Made by a program: the position numbers and the translations under genes. A stretch of DNA of 64,000 bases from Methanomassiliicoccales archaeon (lineage in GTDB: Archaea; Thermoplasmatota; Thermoplasmata; Methanomassiliicoccales; UBA472): positions 36,716-100,715 of the forward strand of contig JAXGNA010000005.1 of the NCBI GenBank assembly GCA_040768245.1, read 5' to 3'. Shown here piece after piece: positions 16,054 to 26,760 of the stretch; the stretch's first letter is position 1, and every line of letters starts with the position of its first letter. Under the pieces are notes generated by a model. The model worked only from the letters and a program-made list of their open reading frames with translations, did not search any database and had not been told where the DNA came from.

Positions 16054-17712
16054 TTACTTGCGTTTGTGCCTCACCTTCACCGCCTCGCCGCGGCGCATCT
16101 CCACCATCTCCCGTCCGCCCATGACCGCCACTCCTACTCCGGCGATCTTGCCATTGCGCATGATGGCCACCTCCTCTCCGGCCCGTATCGAGGGGTCGGC
16201 GTCCATGACCCCGACGGCGAACAGGCTTCCCTTGAGCTCGAAGTCGCCCATGGTGACCTTGGGGATGAGCGGGAGCAGTGCCTCCGCCCCCTCCACGGTC
16301 AAGGAGATCATCCCCCGCTCGGGATTGAGCATGCCCAGCTGCTCCTTGTGGCGCATGATCTTCATGAACGGATAGTTGCCCAGGACGTGCGCCCCTTCCA
16401 GCAGCGCCTCGCCGCCGGGACCGAACTGGTAGCCGGCCACCGACGACATGGCGGCCCAGCGATCTAATGATGGGTCCACGCGTTCGTACTTTGAGCACAG
16501 CTCCTTAAGGGTCTCCTTCAACATTCCAAGCGACTCGTTGGAGGTCGGGGAGCCGTTGGAGGTGATCGTACCGTCGAGGACCTCATGGATGATCGGTCCC
16601 TCGTCCCCGAGGTGAAGTATCACATGGTCGTAGCCCTGGGAGGCCATGGAGAGCACCATGTCCTGCACCATCGCCTCCTCCTCGCGGTCCCAGTGACCGG
16701 TGACCGGGATATCGTACTGCGCCGCCGGGTAGAATAGCTCCAGCTCCCTGGGCACGGTTCCCAGCGGAGAGGTCACGATCATCTCCTGGACCACCTGCGA
16801 GTTCGGGACCTCCCAGAGCACCTGCCGGAACAGCTGGTGGCTCTTCGAGGTGTAATAGGGCTTCTTGGCCGAGCAGGGGATGAGCAGCAATATCCTGCGG
16901 TGCTCCGGCCGGTGGAAACGAGATTTGACCATCTCCCGGAAGCGCTTGACGTCAGGTCGGACCAGTGATTGCTTGGCGTTGCAGTAGAACCGGGGACCGG
17001 TCACCGCGAAATCCATCTCCTGGTGAGCGTAATGCTCATCGTCGAAGATGCGCAGGGCGGCCACGTTCCAGGGCGTGGAATGACAGCGCAGCTCGGCGAA
17101 CTCCCTCATCCGTCCGGAGGAGATCATGCTGCGGACCAAGGCCAGTTCTCGTAACATCGTCTCCCGGTTCACCGTCCGAAGGTCGGAGCCTTCCGATGTC
17201 CAGGAAGCTTTGGCGGCGTCCATGGTCCCCTCGACCAGCGAGAGCTGCCCGAGGGCGGCCCGATGGTCGACGAGGGACGTATCGAAGAGGTCGACGCCGA
17301 GATAGGCGAGGATGGCCACATTGGAAGGCTCGGCGATCCCGGGTGCGTAGATCAACTTGGAACGGCCCACCGTAGATCGGAGCTCGACGATCGCCCTGAC
17401 GAACGCGCGGGCGTCCCGGCGTAGCTCGAAGGCCCCGTCCAGAACGGCGATCTCCTCTGATCCGGCCGACGTCGGGAGGCAGCTGTCCTTCACCCCGCTT
17501 CGCGCCTTGAGCGGAGGGAGCAGCCCATTGCCCTTCATCTCCAGGACGGCGCGCCCGTCCATGCGCAGGACGAGGGGATCCCCGTTCGAGACCAGGGCTA
17601 GACCGTCAGCTCCCCCTTCCACGACGAACGTTCCGGGGGTCTCGGCCCTGGACCCTTCCAGGGACCAGAGGCAGCGGCGGGCGGTCCCCGACCTGGCCAG
17701 CAGTTCCAACAT
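16054..17712 (-). CDS. arcS: Archaeosine synthase ArcS-like protein (TGT-like N-domain, DUF5591-type core, PUA domain)
   Basis: 552 aa. The N-terminus MLELLARSGTARR resembles tRNA-guanine transglycosylase. It has the LLLIPCSAKKPYYTSKSH motif and a C-terminal PUA-like segment GDFELKGSLFAVGVMDADPSIRAGEEVAIM. Confidence 0.65.
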   Translation of the reverse strand: MLELLARSGTARRCLWSLEGSRAETPGTFVVEGGADGLALVSNGDPLVLRMDGRAVLEMKGNGLLPPLKARSGVKDSCLPTSAGSEEIAVLDGAFELRRDARAFVRAIVELRSTVGRSKLIYAPGIAEPSNVAILAYLGVDLFDTSLVDHRAALGQLSLVEGTMDAAKASWTSEGSDLRTVNRETMLRELALVRSMISSGRMREFAELRCHSTPWNVAALRIFDDEHYAHQEMDFAVTGPRFYCNAKQSLVRPDVKRFREMVKSRFHRPEHRRILLLIPCSAKKPYYTSKSHQLFRQVLWEVPNSQVVQEMIVTSPLGTVPRELELFYPAAQYDIPVTGHWDREEEAMVQDMVLSMASQGYDHVILHLGDEGPIIHEVLDGTITSNGSPTSNESLGMLKETLKELCSKYERVDPSLDRWAAMSSVAGYQFGPGGEALLEGAHVLGNYPFMKIMRHKEQLGMLNPERGMISLTVEGAEALLPLIPKVTMGDFELKGSLFAVGVMDADPSIRAGEEVAIMRNGKIAGVGVAVMGGREMVEMRRGEAVKVRHKRK

Positions 17713-17769
17713 GAACGGTTATTGGCATCCCTATTAAAAAAGAATGGTCAGAAGGGGTTTGTAGGCGTT

Positions 17770-18138
17770 TCAGAAGGTGGTGACCATGTCGTGCTCTTCG
17801 ATGATCTGCCTCGCCTTCTCCCAATCGATGACCTCCACCCCTTCCATGAGCGGAACGTCCCCGACCAGGTGCAGGAGGTCCTCCTTGACCACGTACACCT
17901 TCGCCTCGAAGTCCAGCAGGTCGTTGATGGCCTCCATGTTGGAGGGCATGCGCACCGCTTCCGGCCTCTGCGCGGCGACGGCGTTCAGCGTCCCCTCGCC
18001 CACCAGCAGCGCGTTGGAGACCGGGACCTGTCCCGACGCCAGCATTCCCAGTCCAGCGCGGAGCCCGGCGAAGGCCTCCTCGTAACCGTACGGGGGCTTC
18101 GTGACCAATATCAGCAAGCTTTCGGCCATCTTGATCAC
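17770..18138 (-). CDS. DsrF/TusC-like sulfur-relay protein
   Basis: 122 aa. LLILVTKPPYGYEEAFAGLRAGLGMLASGQ...LLVGEGTLNAV matches the DsrE/F-fold pattern without an active-site Cys. The start overlaps the upstream gene by 4 nt. Confidence 0.7.
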   Translation of the reverse strand: MIKMAESLLILVTKPPYGYEEAFAGLRAGLGMLASGQVPVSNALLVGEGTLNAVAAQRPEAVRMPSNMEAINDLLDFEAKVYVVKEDLLHLVGDVPLMEGVEVIDWEKARQIIEEHDMVTTF

Positions 18139-18491
18139 CTCGCGATGGTCACCATGCGGTCGCCCTCGGCCACGAACCTGGAAAGGTCGTTGGTCAGGCT
18201 GCCGATCTTGGTGCCTTCGATCTCCTCTCCCCTGGCCACGCCCCGGGCCTTGCAGCAGGTCTCACATACCACGACCTCCAGGCCCTTCGGGAGCATCTCC
18301 TTCGTCTCGTTCCCCACGTTCGGGAAGCGCTTGGGGTCCTGACCCTTCTTGATCAGGGTGACCCCCTCGCCGTAGCCGAAGATGCGCACCCCGTACCCTT
18401 TGTCCAGGGCGGCCTGCGCCAGCTTCACCGCGACGTTGGAGTCCATGTTCATCATGGTGCCGGTCCTCAATTGGATAACCATTGTCTTCAT
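18135..18491 (-). CDS. DsrE/TusD-like sulfur-relay protein
   Basis: 118 aa with a DsrE-fold pattern and a Cys cluster VVVCETCCKARG at the position of the persulfide-carrying Cys. Confidence 0.7.
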   Translation of the reverse strand: MKTMVIQLRTGTMMNMDSNVAVKLAQAALDKGYGVRIFGYGEGVTLIKKGQDPKRFPNVGNETKEMLPKGLEVVVCETCCKARGVARGEEIEGTKIGSLTNDLSRFVAEGDRMVTIAR

Positions 18492-18500
18492 GTTCTCGCC

Positions 18501-18800
18501 TCACACCGTGATGGTCTGCTCGTATCTCTCCATGATCAGCTCGACCGCTTCCGGATAGTCCACGATCTTGAACTCGGGAACCGCAAGCGGCAGACCGCGG
18601 GCCTCCCAGTCGTCCTTCATGATGTAGACCTTTTGCACCGCGGATAGCAGCTCCCTGCCCCTCTTGGCGTTGGCGGCGAAGATCACCGCGTCCTCGAAGA
18701 GGAGCAGGGCGCTCTGGGCCCCTTTGGCGGACGCACGCATCAGTTCCAAACCGCCGAACTCGTGCGGCGACTTCAGCGTTATGAACAGCTTGGACTTCAT
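18501..18800 (-). CDS. DsrH/TusB-like protein
   Basis: 99 aa. ALLLFEDAVIFA...KVYIMKDDWEARGL...IVDYPEAVELI matches the DsrH pattern (LxxDGV ... Dl.aRGl ... vdy..fv.l). Confidence 0.65.
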   Translation of the reverse strand: MKSKLFITLKSPHEFGGLELMRASAKGAQSALLLFEDAVIFAANAKRGRELLSAVQKVYIMKDDWEARGLPLAVPEFKIVDYPEAVELIMERYEQTITV

Positions 18801-18810
18801 GGGACCACCT

Positions 18811-19230
18811 TCAGCCGATGAACAGCTGCATGTCCGAGTCGGTACCTATGTCCAGGAAGGCCGCGGCGCCGAGAACGGTTATTCCGTCCACCAGGTCCTC
18901 CTTCTTGATGCCCATCATCTCCATGGAGGTGCTGCAGGCGTAGATCTTGATCCCCAGCTCCTTGGCCATCTCCAGCTGCTCCTGGAAGCCCTCGATCCCG
19001 ATGCCCTTCATCTTCTTCTTCATCATGCCGGTGAAGAAACGGTATATTCCCGGCATCTTCGGATTGGCTCCCTTCTTCAGCAGGTTCAGCCCGAAGAAGG
19101 TGAAGAAGATATGAGTCTCGATGCCCATGCTGGCGGCCGTGTTGCCCATCATCATGGACATCATGGCCTTGTCGAAGGTGCCCTCGGACACCACCATTGC
19201 GAACTTCTTGGTCTCTGCCATTTTATTCAC
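18811..19230 (-). CDS. DsrE2-like (DsrE/DsrF/DsrH-like family, COG2044-type) protein
   Basis: 139 aa. KFAMVVSEGTFDKAMMSMMMGNTAASMGIETHIFFTFFGL ... IKIYACSTSMEMMG, with a conserved Cys in the ACST motif. Confidence 0.6.
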   Translation of the reverse strand: MNKMAETKKFAMVVSEGTFDKAMMSMMMGNTAASMGIETHIFFTFFGLNLLKKGANPKMPGIYRFFTGMMKKKMKGIGIEGFQEQLEMAKELGIKIYACSTSMEMMGIKKEDLVDGITVLGAAAFLDIGTDSDMQLFIG

Positions 19231-19244
19231 CTCTATGACCTATC

Positions 19245-19487
19245 TCACTGGACCTTTTTTATGTAGAAGTAGAACGCCCCGCCCTCTTCCTTCTGGCCTA
19301 CGAGCTGGTTGCCGGTCCTCTTGCACCAGGCCGGCACGTCCTCCTTGGAGCCCACATCGTCCGCGATCAGCTCCAGGACCTCTCCGACCTTCAGTTCCTT
19401 CATCTTCTTGGCCAGCTTCACGATGGGCATTGGGCACATCAAGCCCTTGGCGTCAAGTGTATCGTTCTTGTCCATAATGATCACCAT
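19245..19487 (-). CDS. tusA: TusA/SirA-family sulfur carrier
   Basis: 80 aa with the signature LDAKGLMCPMPIVK (CPxP active-site Cys). Confidence 0.85.
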   Translation of the reverse strand: MVIIMDKNDTLDAKGLMCPMPIVKLAKKMKELKVGEVLELIADDVGSKEDVPAWCKRTGNQLVGQKEEGGAFYFYIKKVQ

Positions 19488-19565
19488 AACGGTTTTGCAC
19501 GGTTGTGCAACAATTATATATAACTGTTAGTTTATAAGCTTTTCTTAGGGAAGGAGCGGGATAGA

Positions 19566-19925
19566 ATGCCGGAGTCCATCAAGGACGTGAACAGCTGCCA
19601 GGACCTGGTCCAGTGCGCCTACAGCCTCAACGGGTTCGAGGTCGAGGTGTACGAACGATTGCTGGAGGCCGGGCCGGTGAACGCCAACGACCTCGCCGAT
19701 CAGATGGGCAAGGACCGCTCGACCGTGTACCGAGCATTGCAGAAGATGCTCAGCTGCGGCATGGTTTTACGGGAGACCTGCAGCATACCCCGCGGTGGAT
19801 ACTTCCATGTCTACCGGGCCATAAGCCGGAGGGAGCTCAGGGAGAAGCTGGAGAGCTGCGTGGAGAACTGGTACCGCAAGATGCAGGACGCCTTGGAGCA
19901 GTTCGGCGCCGCGGACGGCGATTGA
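19566..19925 (+). CDS. Winged-helix (TrmB-like) transcriptional regulator, divergent from the sulfur-relay operon
   Basis: FEVEVYERLLEAGPVNANDLADQMGKDRSTVYRALQKMLSCGMVLRE is an HTH plus wing. Five Cys residues are present. Confidence 0.6.
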   Translation: MPESIKDVNSCQDLVQCAYSLNGFEVEVYERLLEAGPVNANDLADQMGKDRSTVYRALQKMLSCGMVLRETCSIPRGGYFHVYRAISRRELREKLESCVENWYRKMQDALEQFGAADGD

Positions 19926-20010
19926 TCCCTTTTCCTTTATTTATTGACGCGGTCCAATCCCGCTCAGACAGCTGTTGTTGGGCCATGCCAAGAGTCAAAT
20001 ACGGTCTTGA

Positions 20011-21419
<1,409 letters not shown>

Positions 21420-21424
21420 GCGAT

Positions 21425-21955
21425 ATGGGCGTTCTTATCTTGACGGGAATGCCCGGGGCGGGCAAGGAGGAGCTGGTGTCCGTAGCCCTCGAGCTTGGAT
21501 ACCAGGTCCGCAGGATGGGAGACGTGGTTCGTGCGGAAGCCGCTAAGAACAACGTCCAGCCACAGGACGTGGGCAGGTTCGCGCATGAGGAGCGGCAGCG
21601 CCACGGTTACGACATCTGGGCCAAGAGGATCGTGCCTTTGGTCGGTGGGGACGACACGCTGATAGACGGCTGCCGCGGCATGTCCGAGGTGAACGTCTTC
21701 CGTTCGGCGTTCGGGAAGAACGTCAAGATCGTGGCGGTGCACAGCGCCCCTTCCACCAGATTCCCCAGGTTGGTCGACCGGGCAAGGTCCGACGCCCCTC
21801 GTGACCGCGAGGAGTTCGACGGACGGGACAGGAGGGAGCTTGGATGGGGATTGGGAGAGACGATCGCCCTCGCCGACGCCCTGATCGTGAACGAGGGTAC
21901 CTTGGAAAGCTTCCGGAAGGACGCGTTCGCCCTGCTCGAGGAGCTGAAGGGATGA
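21425..21955 (+). CDS. P-loop nucleotide kinase of the archaeal UPF0200 / dephospho-CoA-kinase-like group
   Basis: Start MGVLILTGMPGAGKEE (Walker A). The upstream part of track ORF 21377 overlaps pyrI and is rejected. Confidence 0.6.
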   Translation: MGVLILTGMPGAGKEELVSVALELGYQVRRMGDVVRAEAAKNNVQPQDVGRFAHEERQRHGYDIWAKRIVPLVGGDDTLIDGCRGMSEVNVFRSAFGKNVKIVAVHSAPSTRFPRLVDRARSDAPRDREEFDGRDRRELGWGLGETIALADALIVNEGTLESFRKDAFALLEELKG

Positions 21956-22221
21956 AGTTCCGTGTCGAACGCATCTGCCGCAGCGACTCCATGTCCGCGA
22001 TACCGTTGGAGAAGGTGCGGTTCGATCTGACCCGGTCCTGTGATTCATTGCGGTCCAAGGGATACGAGGTGGAATCGCACGAGCTCTACCTGGTCACCAA
22101 GATCGGACCGTTGGACCTGACCATCTACGGCAGCGGGAGGGTGCTGGTGCATCCTCTGAACGACAAGAAGAAAGCGAAGGAACTGGCGGAGACGGTCTTC
22201 GAGCACTTGGTGCCGGAGTGA
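21952..22221 (+). CDS. Small conserved-looking hypothetical protein (89 aa)
   Basis: ATG at 21952 overlaps the preceding stop (ATGA), so the gene is operonic. Sequence ...YLVTKIGPLDLTIYGSGRVLVHPL...; no family assigned. Confidence 0.4.
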   Translation: MKFRVERICRSDSMSAIPLEKVRFDLTRSCDSLRSKGYEVESHELYLVTKIGPLDLTIYGSGRVLVHPLNDKKKAKELAETVFEHLVPE

Positions 22222-22317
22222 CCCCTTCTTCCTTTTTCAAGCAGTATAAAACCGAATTGCCCGTCCAGTGATAGCCAAATTATTTATCCGCATAGATGAA
22301 TATCACTCGATAAAGGG

Positions 22318-25300
22318 GTGGGCATGAGACGTTCAGCGGTAGCCGTGCTGTTATTCCTATTCGTCATCAGCGCGGTCGCTCCATCCCTAGCGGTCCCTTC
22401 CTGGCCTACCGAACCGACCGCCCTCTATGAACATACTGGCATCGATGATGGGTCATCACTTTTCGACGAGTTCGCTCAGACCCTGATCATACCGGGAGAG
22501 CCGAGGGATAGTGTGCTGGCCGACCTGAACAACGACACGCGCGAGGACCTTGCGGTCATTTACAAGGGCTCGACCTCCCTGGACGTGTTCTTTTTCGACC
22601 CGGCGATCGGGTTTTCGAACTCCAACCGGACCAGGATCGCGCTCCCTTACGAGATCACGGACCTGGCCATCGGGGACATGGATGGAGATACCAAACTGGA
22701 CATCGTGCTCGTTCTCAACGTCACCGCCCTCACCAACCTGGTCGTGCTATACCAATCCTCCAACTTCCAGATGGGAAGTTCATTCACGAAGCCCATCGAT
22801 TACCGCCCGTTGACGGTGAACGTGGGCAATTTCACTGGGTCCTCCCTACCGGAGATCGCGTTGACCGTAATGGCGGCCGGTGGTCCCAGGTTCCTGATCT
22901 ATGAGTGGTCGATCGGCACATACCAGTATTGGGTCGAACCATTGCCTCTGAATCCCGCACCTTTGAGCATGGTCAGGCCGAGCATGACCGAGATAGGCGA
23001 CCTGAACCAGGATGGGTTGAACGACCTGGTGATCGGAGACCGTACCTCAGGAAAGGTGGCCGGGTTCCTTAACCCGGGACATGGGGCGTGGGGTGCAAAC
23101 TATAGCACGTCCCGAAACCTTCCAACGACCCTTATGCTGGGCGACCTGGATGGCGACGGCTCATTGGAACTCACTGTGGCCGAAGAGGGTTTGGAGGACC
23201 CCCTGGTGACCGTTTGGGACTGCACGCCGACCGGATTCAGCGCCATCACGAACATTGATACAATATCGACGATGAACTCGCTCGCCGCCTTGAAATTGAA
23301 CACCGACCTAAGAATGGAGATAGCCGCCGCTTCGGCTGACAATAATGATATCAGCATTTTCAAGGCCGCCGCCTCCGGTAGCCTATCCTACCCGGAATCC
23401 ATCAATTTCCCTGTGCCAAGAATGCCGGTGAGCATCTTCGCCGCGGACATGAACGGGGATGGCGAAGATGATATCTTGCTTACATCCTGCCCATCGAACG
23501 GCTACGGCGCGATCTCCGTATACCTCCAGAGCGGGGACACGCTGTCCAACGCTAATGACAATCAACCGCTTCCTGTCACCCAGGTCAACTCGGCCACCGT
23601 CGGCGACATGGATGGGGACGGAGGCAACGAGATCATCACCTATGACGGATCGGGGCCGATCATATGGTTCTCCAGGGAAGGCTTCCCGGAGCTGAGGTGG
23701 GTCCCCGCCCCGCTCAACGTTTCGGTCATGGAATGCGTGGACCTGAACGGGGACGGGCGAGAGGACCTGGTCATGGTCCAATCGGCTCCGGCGCAGGTTA
23801 CTGTCTGGTATGGCGATCCGGATGTGCTGAAAACCGATCACGCGATAACCAGCGTCTCCCTGGCATATTCGATGTCCCAGGGACTGTCGATGACCGCGGG
23901 GGACCTGGACGGTGACGGTGACCTGGACCTGGCGATCGGAGGGGACGGGGCGGTGGACATTTTCTGGAATTCCGGGACCGCTGCGGCATACTCTCAAGGG
24001 CAGCGATTCACGCTTACGCTTGCCGGGGCTTCAGTGACGTCATTGACCACCATCCGGATACAGGGATCCGCCCACAATGACGCCCTGCGGGACCTGGCCC
24101 TGGTCAACGGGACAACTTCGAGAACGGAGATCTACTTCCAGCAGACGACAGGGGCCAGGTTCGTTACCAGTGACCGCTTGTTGCTAACGCCTGCGGCCGG
24201 CCTGTTCGGTTTGACCGCAAAGGACCTGAGCGGGGACGGCAGAGAGGACCTGTTGGCCGGGATCTCTCAGGCGTTGCGCCTCCTGGTCCAGAACCCTGGG
24301 TACACCAAGGGATTCCTGGATGGACAGACCCCGGAGGACCTGCCGGTGCCGGAAAGGCCCCGTTCTTTCACCATAGGCGATCTGGACGATGACGGTGCAC
24401 CGGAGATCGGTCTGATGACCGCCAATTCCACGATCGAGGCTTATGAGAGGACCGGCATGGGTTTCGTGCTCTTGACCAGGCAGACCGCAGGCTCCTCCCC
24501 GGCATTCCTTTCATTGGCGGACATGGACGATGATGGCAAGCAGGATATCGTGGTGGTCTCCTCCTTGTCACGGACGACCTCCATTTACTACCAGAACAAC
24601 TTCGCCCCGACGGCCAAGGGTTCCGTGGACGGCAGCGGACATCTGGAAGGGGATTACCTGACGTTCAACGCCACCCTCAGTACGGATGGCCGGTCCGATC
24701 GGGACCGCCTTACCTACATCTGGGACTTCGGGGATGGAGGCACCAATACCACCACCGAGAAGCTGACCACGCATCGTTACCTGCGCAACGATACCTTCCA
24801 AGTGGTCCTGACCGCAAGGGACCCCGCCGGCCTGACGAACCATACATCCTTCCAGGTGAGCGTGGGCGATAAAGGACCCTCGGCCTCGCTGACCTATGAT
24901 GGGACGACCTTGTTCGAAGGAACCCCGGTCCAGTTCAGGGACAACAGCACCTCCTTTCCGGATACGATAGACAAATGGCGATGGGCGTTCGGGGACGGAG
25001 GTACGTCTGAGCTAAGGAACCCCTCGCACACCTATGCCCATAACGGCAATTACACCGTCACCCTGACGGTCTGGGACAAGGATGGGACGAACGATACTGC
25101 CAGCATCGCGGTCATCATCTTAGATACCGCCCCCACCGCCCAGTTCTCCTTTTCCCCTTCATCGCCTTTGGAGGGACAGAACGTCACCTTCACTGACGCT
25201 TCCTCGCCCGGGGTCGACAGCATAGAGAGCTGGTACTGGGACTTCGGGGATGGCCGAACTTTGACCGCTTACGGTGGGTCGGTGCAGCACATCTATACCG

Positions 25301-26742
25301 ATAACGGGACCTACCTGGTGAGCCTGACCATAACCGACGCGGACGGTAGCAACGATACCATCACCAGAACCGTTGTGGTCCTGGACACCAGCCCGGTCAT
25401 CTCGAGCCTTTACGTGGTCGGCGGTTCCACCTCGTTCAAGGAGGGGGACGACGTGGAGTTCAAGGTGAACGCCTCGCCGCTGTTCGGGACGATCGTCCGT
25501 TACCAGTGGGATTTCCAGACCGAGACCTTCCAGGCAGATGAGACGACGAACGTGTACACGGCCATCCACTCCTACAACTTCTCGGGAACGTATCGCGTGA
25601 CCGTGCGGGTCTGGGACATCGATAGCTACACCGATACCTCCATTCAGATCACCATAACCGATCCAGCCCCCGTGCCGGATTTCACTGCGTCCACCAACGC
25701 CGCCAACCGTACCGTTTCCTTCTCCGCCGCCCTGACCCTGGACACGGAGAACGACATGCCCTTGCTGGAGTACCGCTGGTTCTTCGGTGACGGGGAGCAG
25801 AGCGAGTGGTCCAATTCGTCCAAGGCCAAACATACCTATGATTTGGATGGGATCTACTCCGTGCGTCTAGAGGTGCGGGACGACCACAACCCCGCGGTCA
25901 TGCGCACCAAGAACGTGACCATCGACCTTCTTCCGCCAATAATATCCATGGACGATCCGGTGCTGAAGGCTATCGTCGGCGAGCCCACCCTGGTCCGGGT
26001 CAACGTGACCGACCTGGTGGGCATCGGCTCGGTCAAACTGGAGTACACCATCGGAAATGTCACTCGTACCGTGGTAATGACCCATGAGGGCGGCGGCATC
26101 TACTTCGCCCAGATCCCCGCGCAGAACCGCACCATGGAGCTTCAGTATCGCATCATCGCCGAGGACATGGCAGGTCACTCCGCCACCACCGAGCAGTTCA
26201 CCCTTGCCCTGGAATACGAGGACCCCTCGCTGTTCATCTACACGTCCCTGATACTGCTGACGGCCTTCCTGGTCATCATAATCTACCTGTTCCTGTCCCG
26301 GCCGATCGTGGACGAGGTGTTCGTGATGTACCATGATGGAACGCTCCTAGCGCATCAGACCAGGCGCCTCAAGCCGGGGATGGATGACGAGATATTGGGC
26401 GGAATGCTCATCGCCCTGCAGAACTTCGTGCGCGATTCGTTCAAGGACGAGAACTCGACCGTGCTGAGGCGCATGGACTTCGGAGAACGGAAATTGCTGG
26501 TGGAGCGCAAGGACGACTTCTTCATGGCCGTGGTGCTCAGCGGCAAGCGCGCCGGGAACGCCGCGCAGCGTATGCTCAGGGTCCTCGACAACATCGAGGA
26601 GGGCTACGCCCCGGTGCTCAGGGAGTGGGACGGAGACCTGGAGAAGGTGCGCGGCATAAGGGATGAAACGAAGCCGATGTTCTCCCGCGCCAACCCCCTG
26701 GACCTTCTGAAACGCAAGGAAGGGGAAGACGATTCGATTTAA
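22318..26742 (+). CDS. Giant surface protein: FG-GAP/VCBS repeats, PKD modules, one TM helix, cytoplasmic Roadblock/longin-like tail
   Basis: Signal/anchor MRRSAVAVLLFLFVISAVAPSLA. At least 11 Asp-rich FG-GAP-type loops (GDMDGDTKLDIV, GDLNQDGLNDLV, ADMNGDGEDDIL, VDLNGDGREDLV, GDLDGDGDLDLA, ADMDDDGKQDIV ...). Five PKD-like modules (WDFGDGGT.., WAFGDGGT.., WDFGDGRT.., WDFQTETF.., WFFGDGEQ..). TM helix LFIYTSLILLTAFLVIIIYLFL (about 26224-26295). 148-aa tail. Confidence 0.85.
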   Translation: MGMRRSAVAVLLFLFVISAVAPSLAVPSWPTEPTALYEHTGIDDGSSLFDEFAQTLIIPGEPRDSVLADLNNDTREDLAVIYKGSTSLDVFFFDPAIGFSNSNRTRIALPYEITDLAIGDMDGDTKLDIVLVLNVTALTNLVVLYQSSNFQMGSSFTKPIDYRPLTVNVGNFTGSSLPEIALTVMAAGGPRFLIYEWSIGTYQYWVEPLPLNPAPLSMVRPSMTEIGDLNQDGLNDLVIGDRTSGKVAGFLNPGHGAWGANYSTSRNLPTTLMLGDLDGDGSLELTVAEEGLEDPLVTVWDCTPTGFSAITNIDTISTMNSLAALKLNTDLRMEIAAASADNNDISIFKAAASGSLSYPESINFPVPRMPVSIFAADMNGDGEDDILLTSCPSNGYGAISVYLQSGDTLSNANDNQPLPVTQVNSATVGDMDGDGGNEIITYDGSGPIIWFSREGFPELRWVPAPLNVSVMECVDLNGDGREDLVMVQSAPAQVTVWYGDPDVLKTDHAITSVSLAYSMSQGLSMTAGDLDGDGDLDLAIGGDGAVDIFWNSGTAAAYSQGQRFTLTLAGASVTSLTTIRIQGSAHNDALRDLALVNGTTSRTEIYFQQTTGARFVTSDRLLLTPAAGLFGLTAKDLSGDGREDLLAGISQALRLLVQNPGYTKGFLDGQTPEDLPVPERPRSFTIGDLDDDGAPEIGLMTANSTIEAYERTGMGFVLLTRQTAGSSPAFLSLADMDDDGKQDIVVVSSLSRTTSIYYQNNFAPTAKGSVDGSGHLEGDYLTFNATLSTDGRSDRDRLTYIWDFGDGGTNTTTEKLTTHRYLRNDTFQVVLTARDPAGLTNHTSFQVSVGDKGPSASLTYDGTTLFEGTPVQFRDNSTSFPDTIDKWRWAFGDGGTSELRNPSHTYAHNGNYTVTLTVWDKDGTNDTASIAVIILDTAPTAQFSFSPSSPLEGQNVTFTDASSPGVDSIESWYWDFGDGRTLTAYGGSVQHIYTDNGTYLVSLTITDADGSNDTITRTVVVLDTSPVISSLYVVGGSTSFKEGDDVEFKVNASPLFGTIVRYQWDFQTETFQADETTNVYTAIHSYNFSGTYRVTVRVWDIDSYTDTSIQITITDPAPVPDFTASTNAANRTVSFSAALTLDTENDMPLLEYRWFFGDGEQSEWSNSSKAKHTYDLDGIYSVRLEVRDDHNPAVMRTKNVTIDLLPPIISMDDPVLKAIVGEPTLVRVNVTDLVGIGSVKLEYTIGNVTRTVVMTHEGGGIYFAQIPAQNRTMELQYRIIAEDMAGHSATTEQFTLALEYEDPSLFIYTSLILLTAFLVIIIYLFLSRPIVDEVFVMYHDGTLLAHQTRRLKPGMDDEILGGMLIALQNFVRDSFKDENSTVLRRMDFGERKLLVERKDDFFMAVVLSGKRAGNAAQRMLRVLDNIEEGYAPVLREWDGDLEKVRGIRDETKPMFSRANPLDLLKRKEGEDDSI

Positions 26743-26760
26743 ATATCTCGTAATTCTAGG

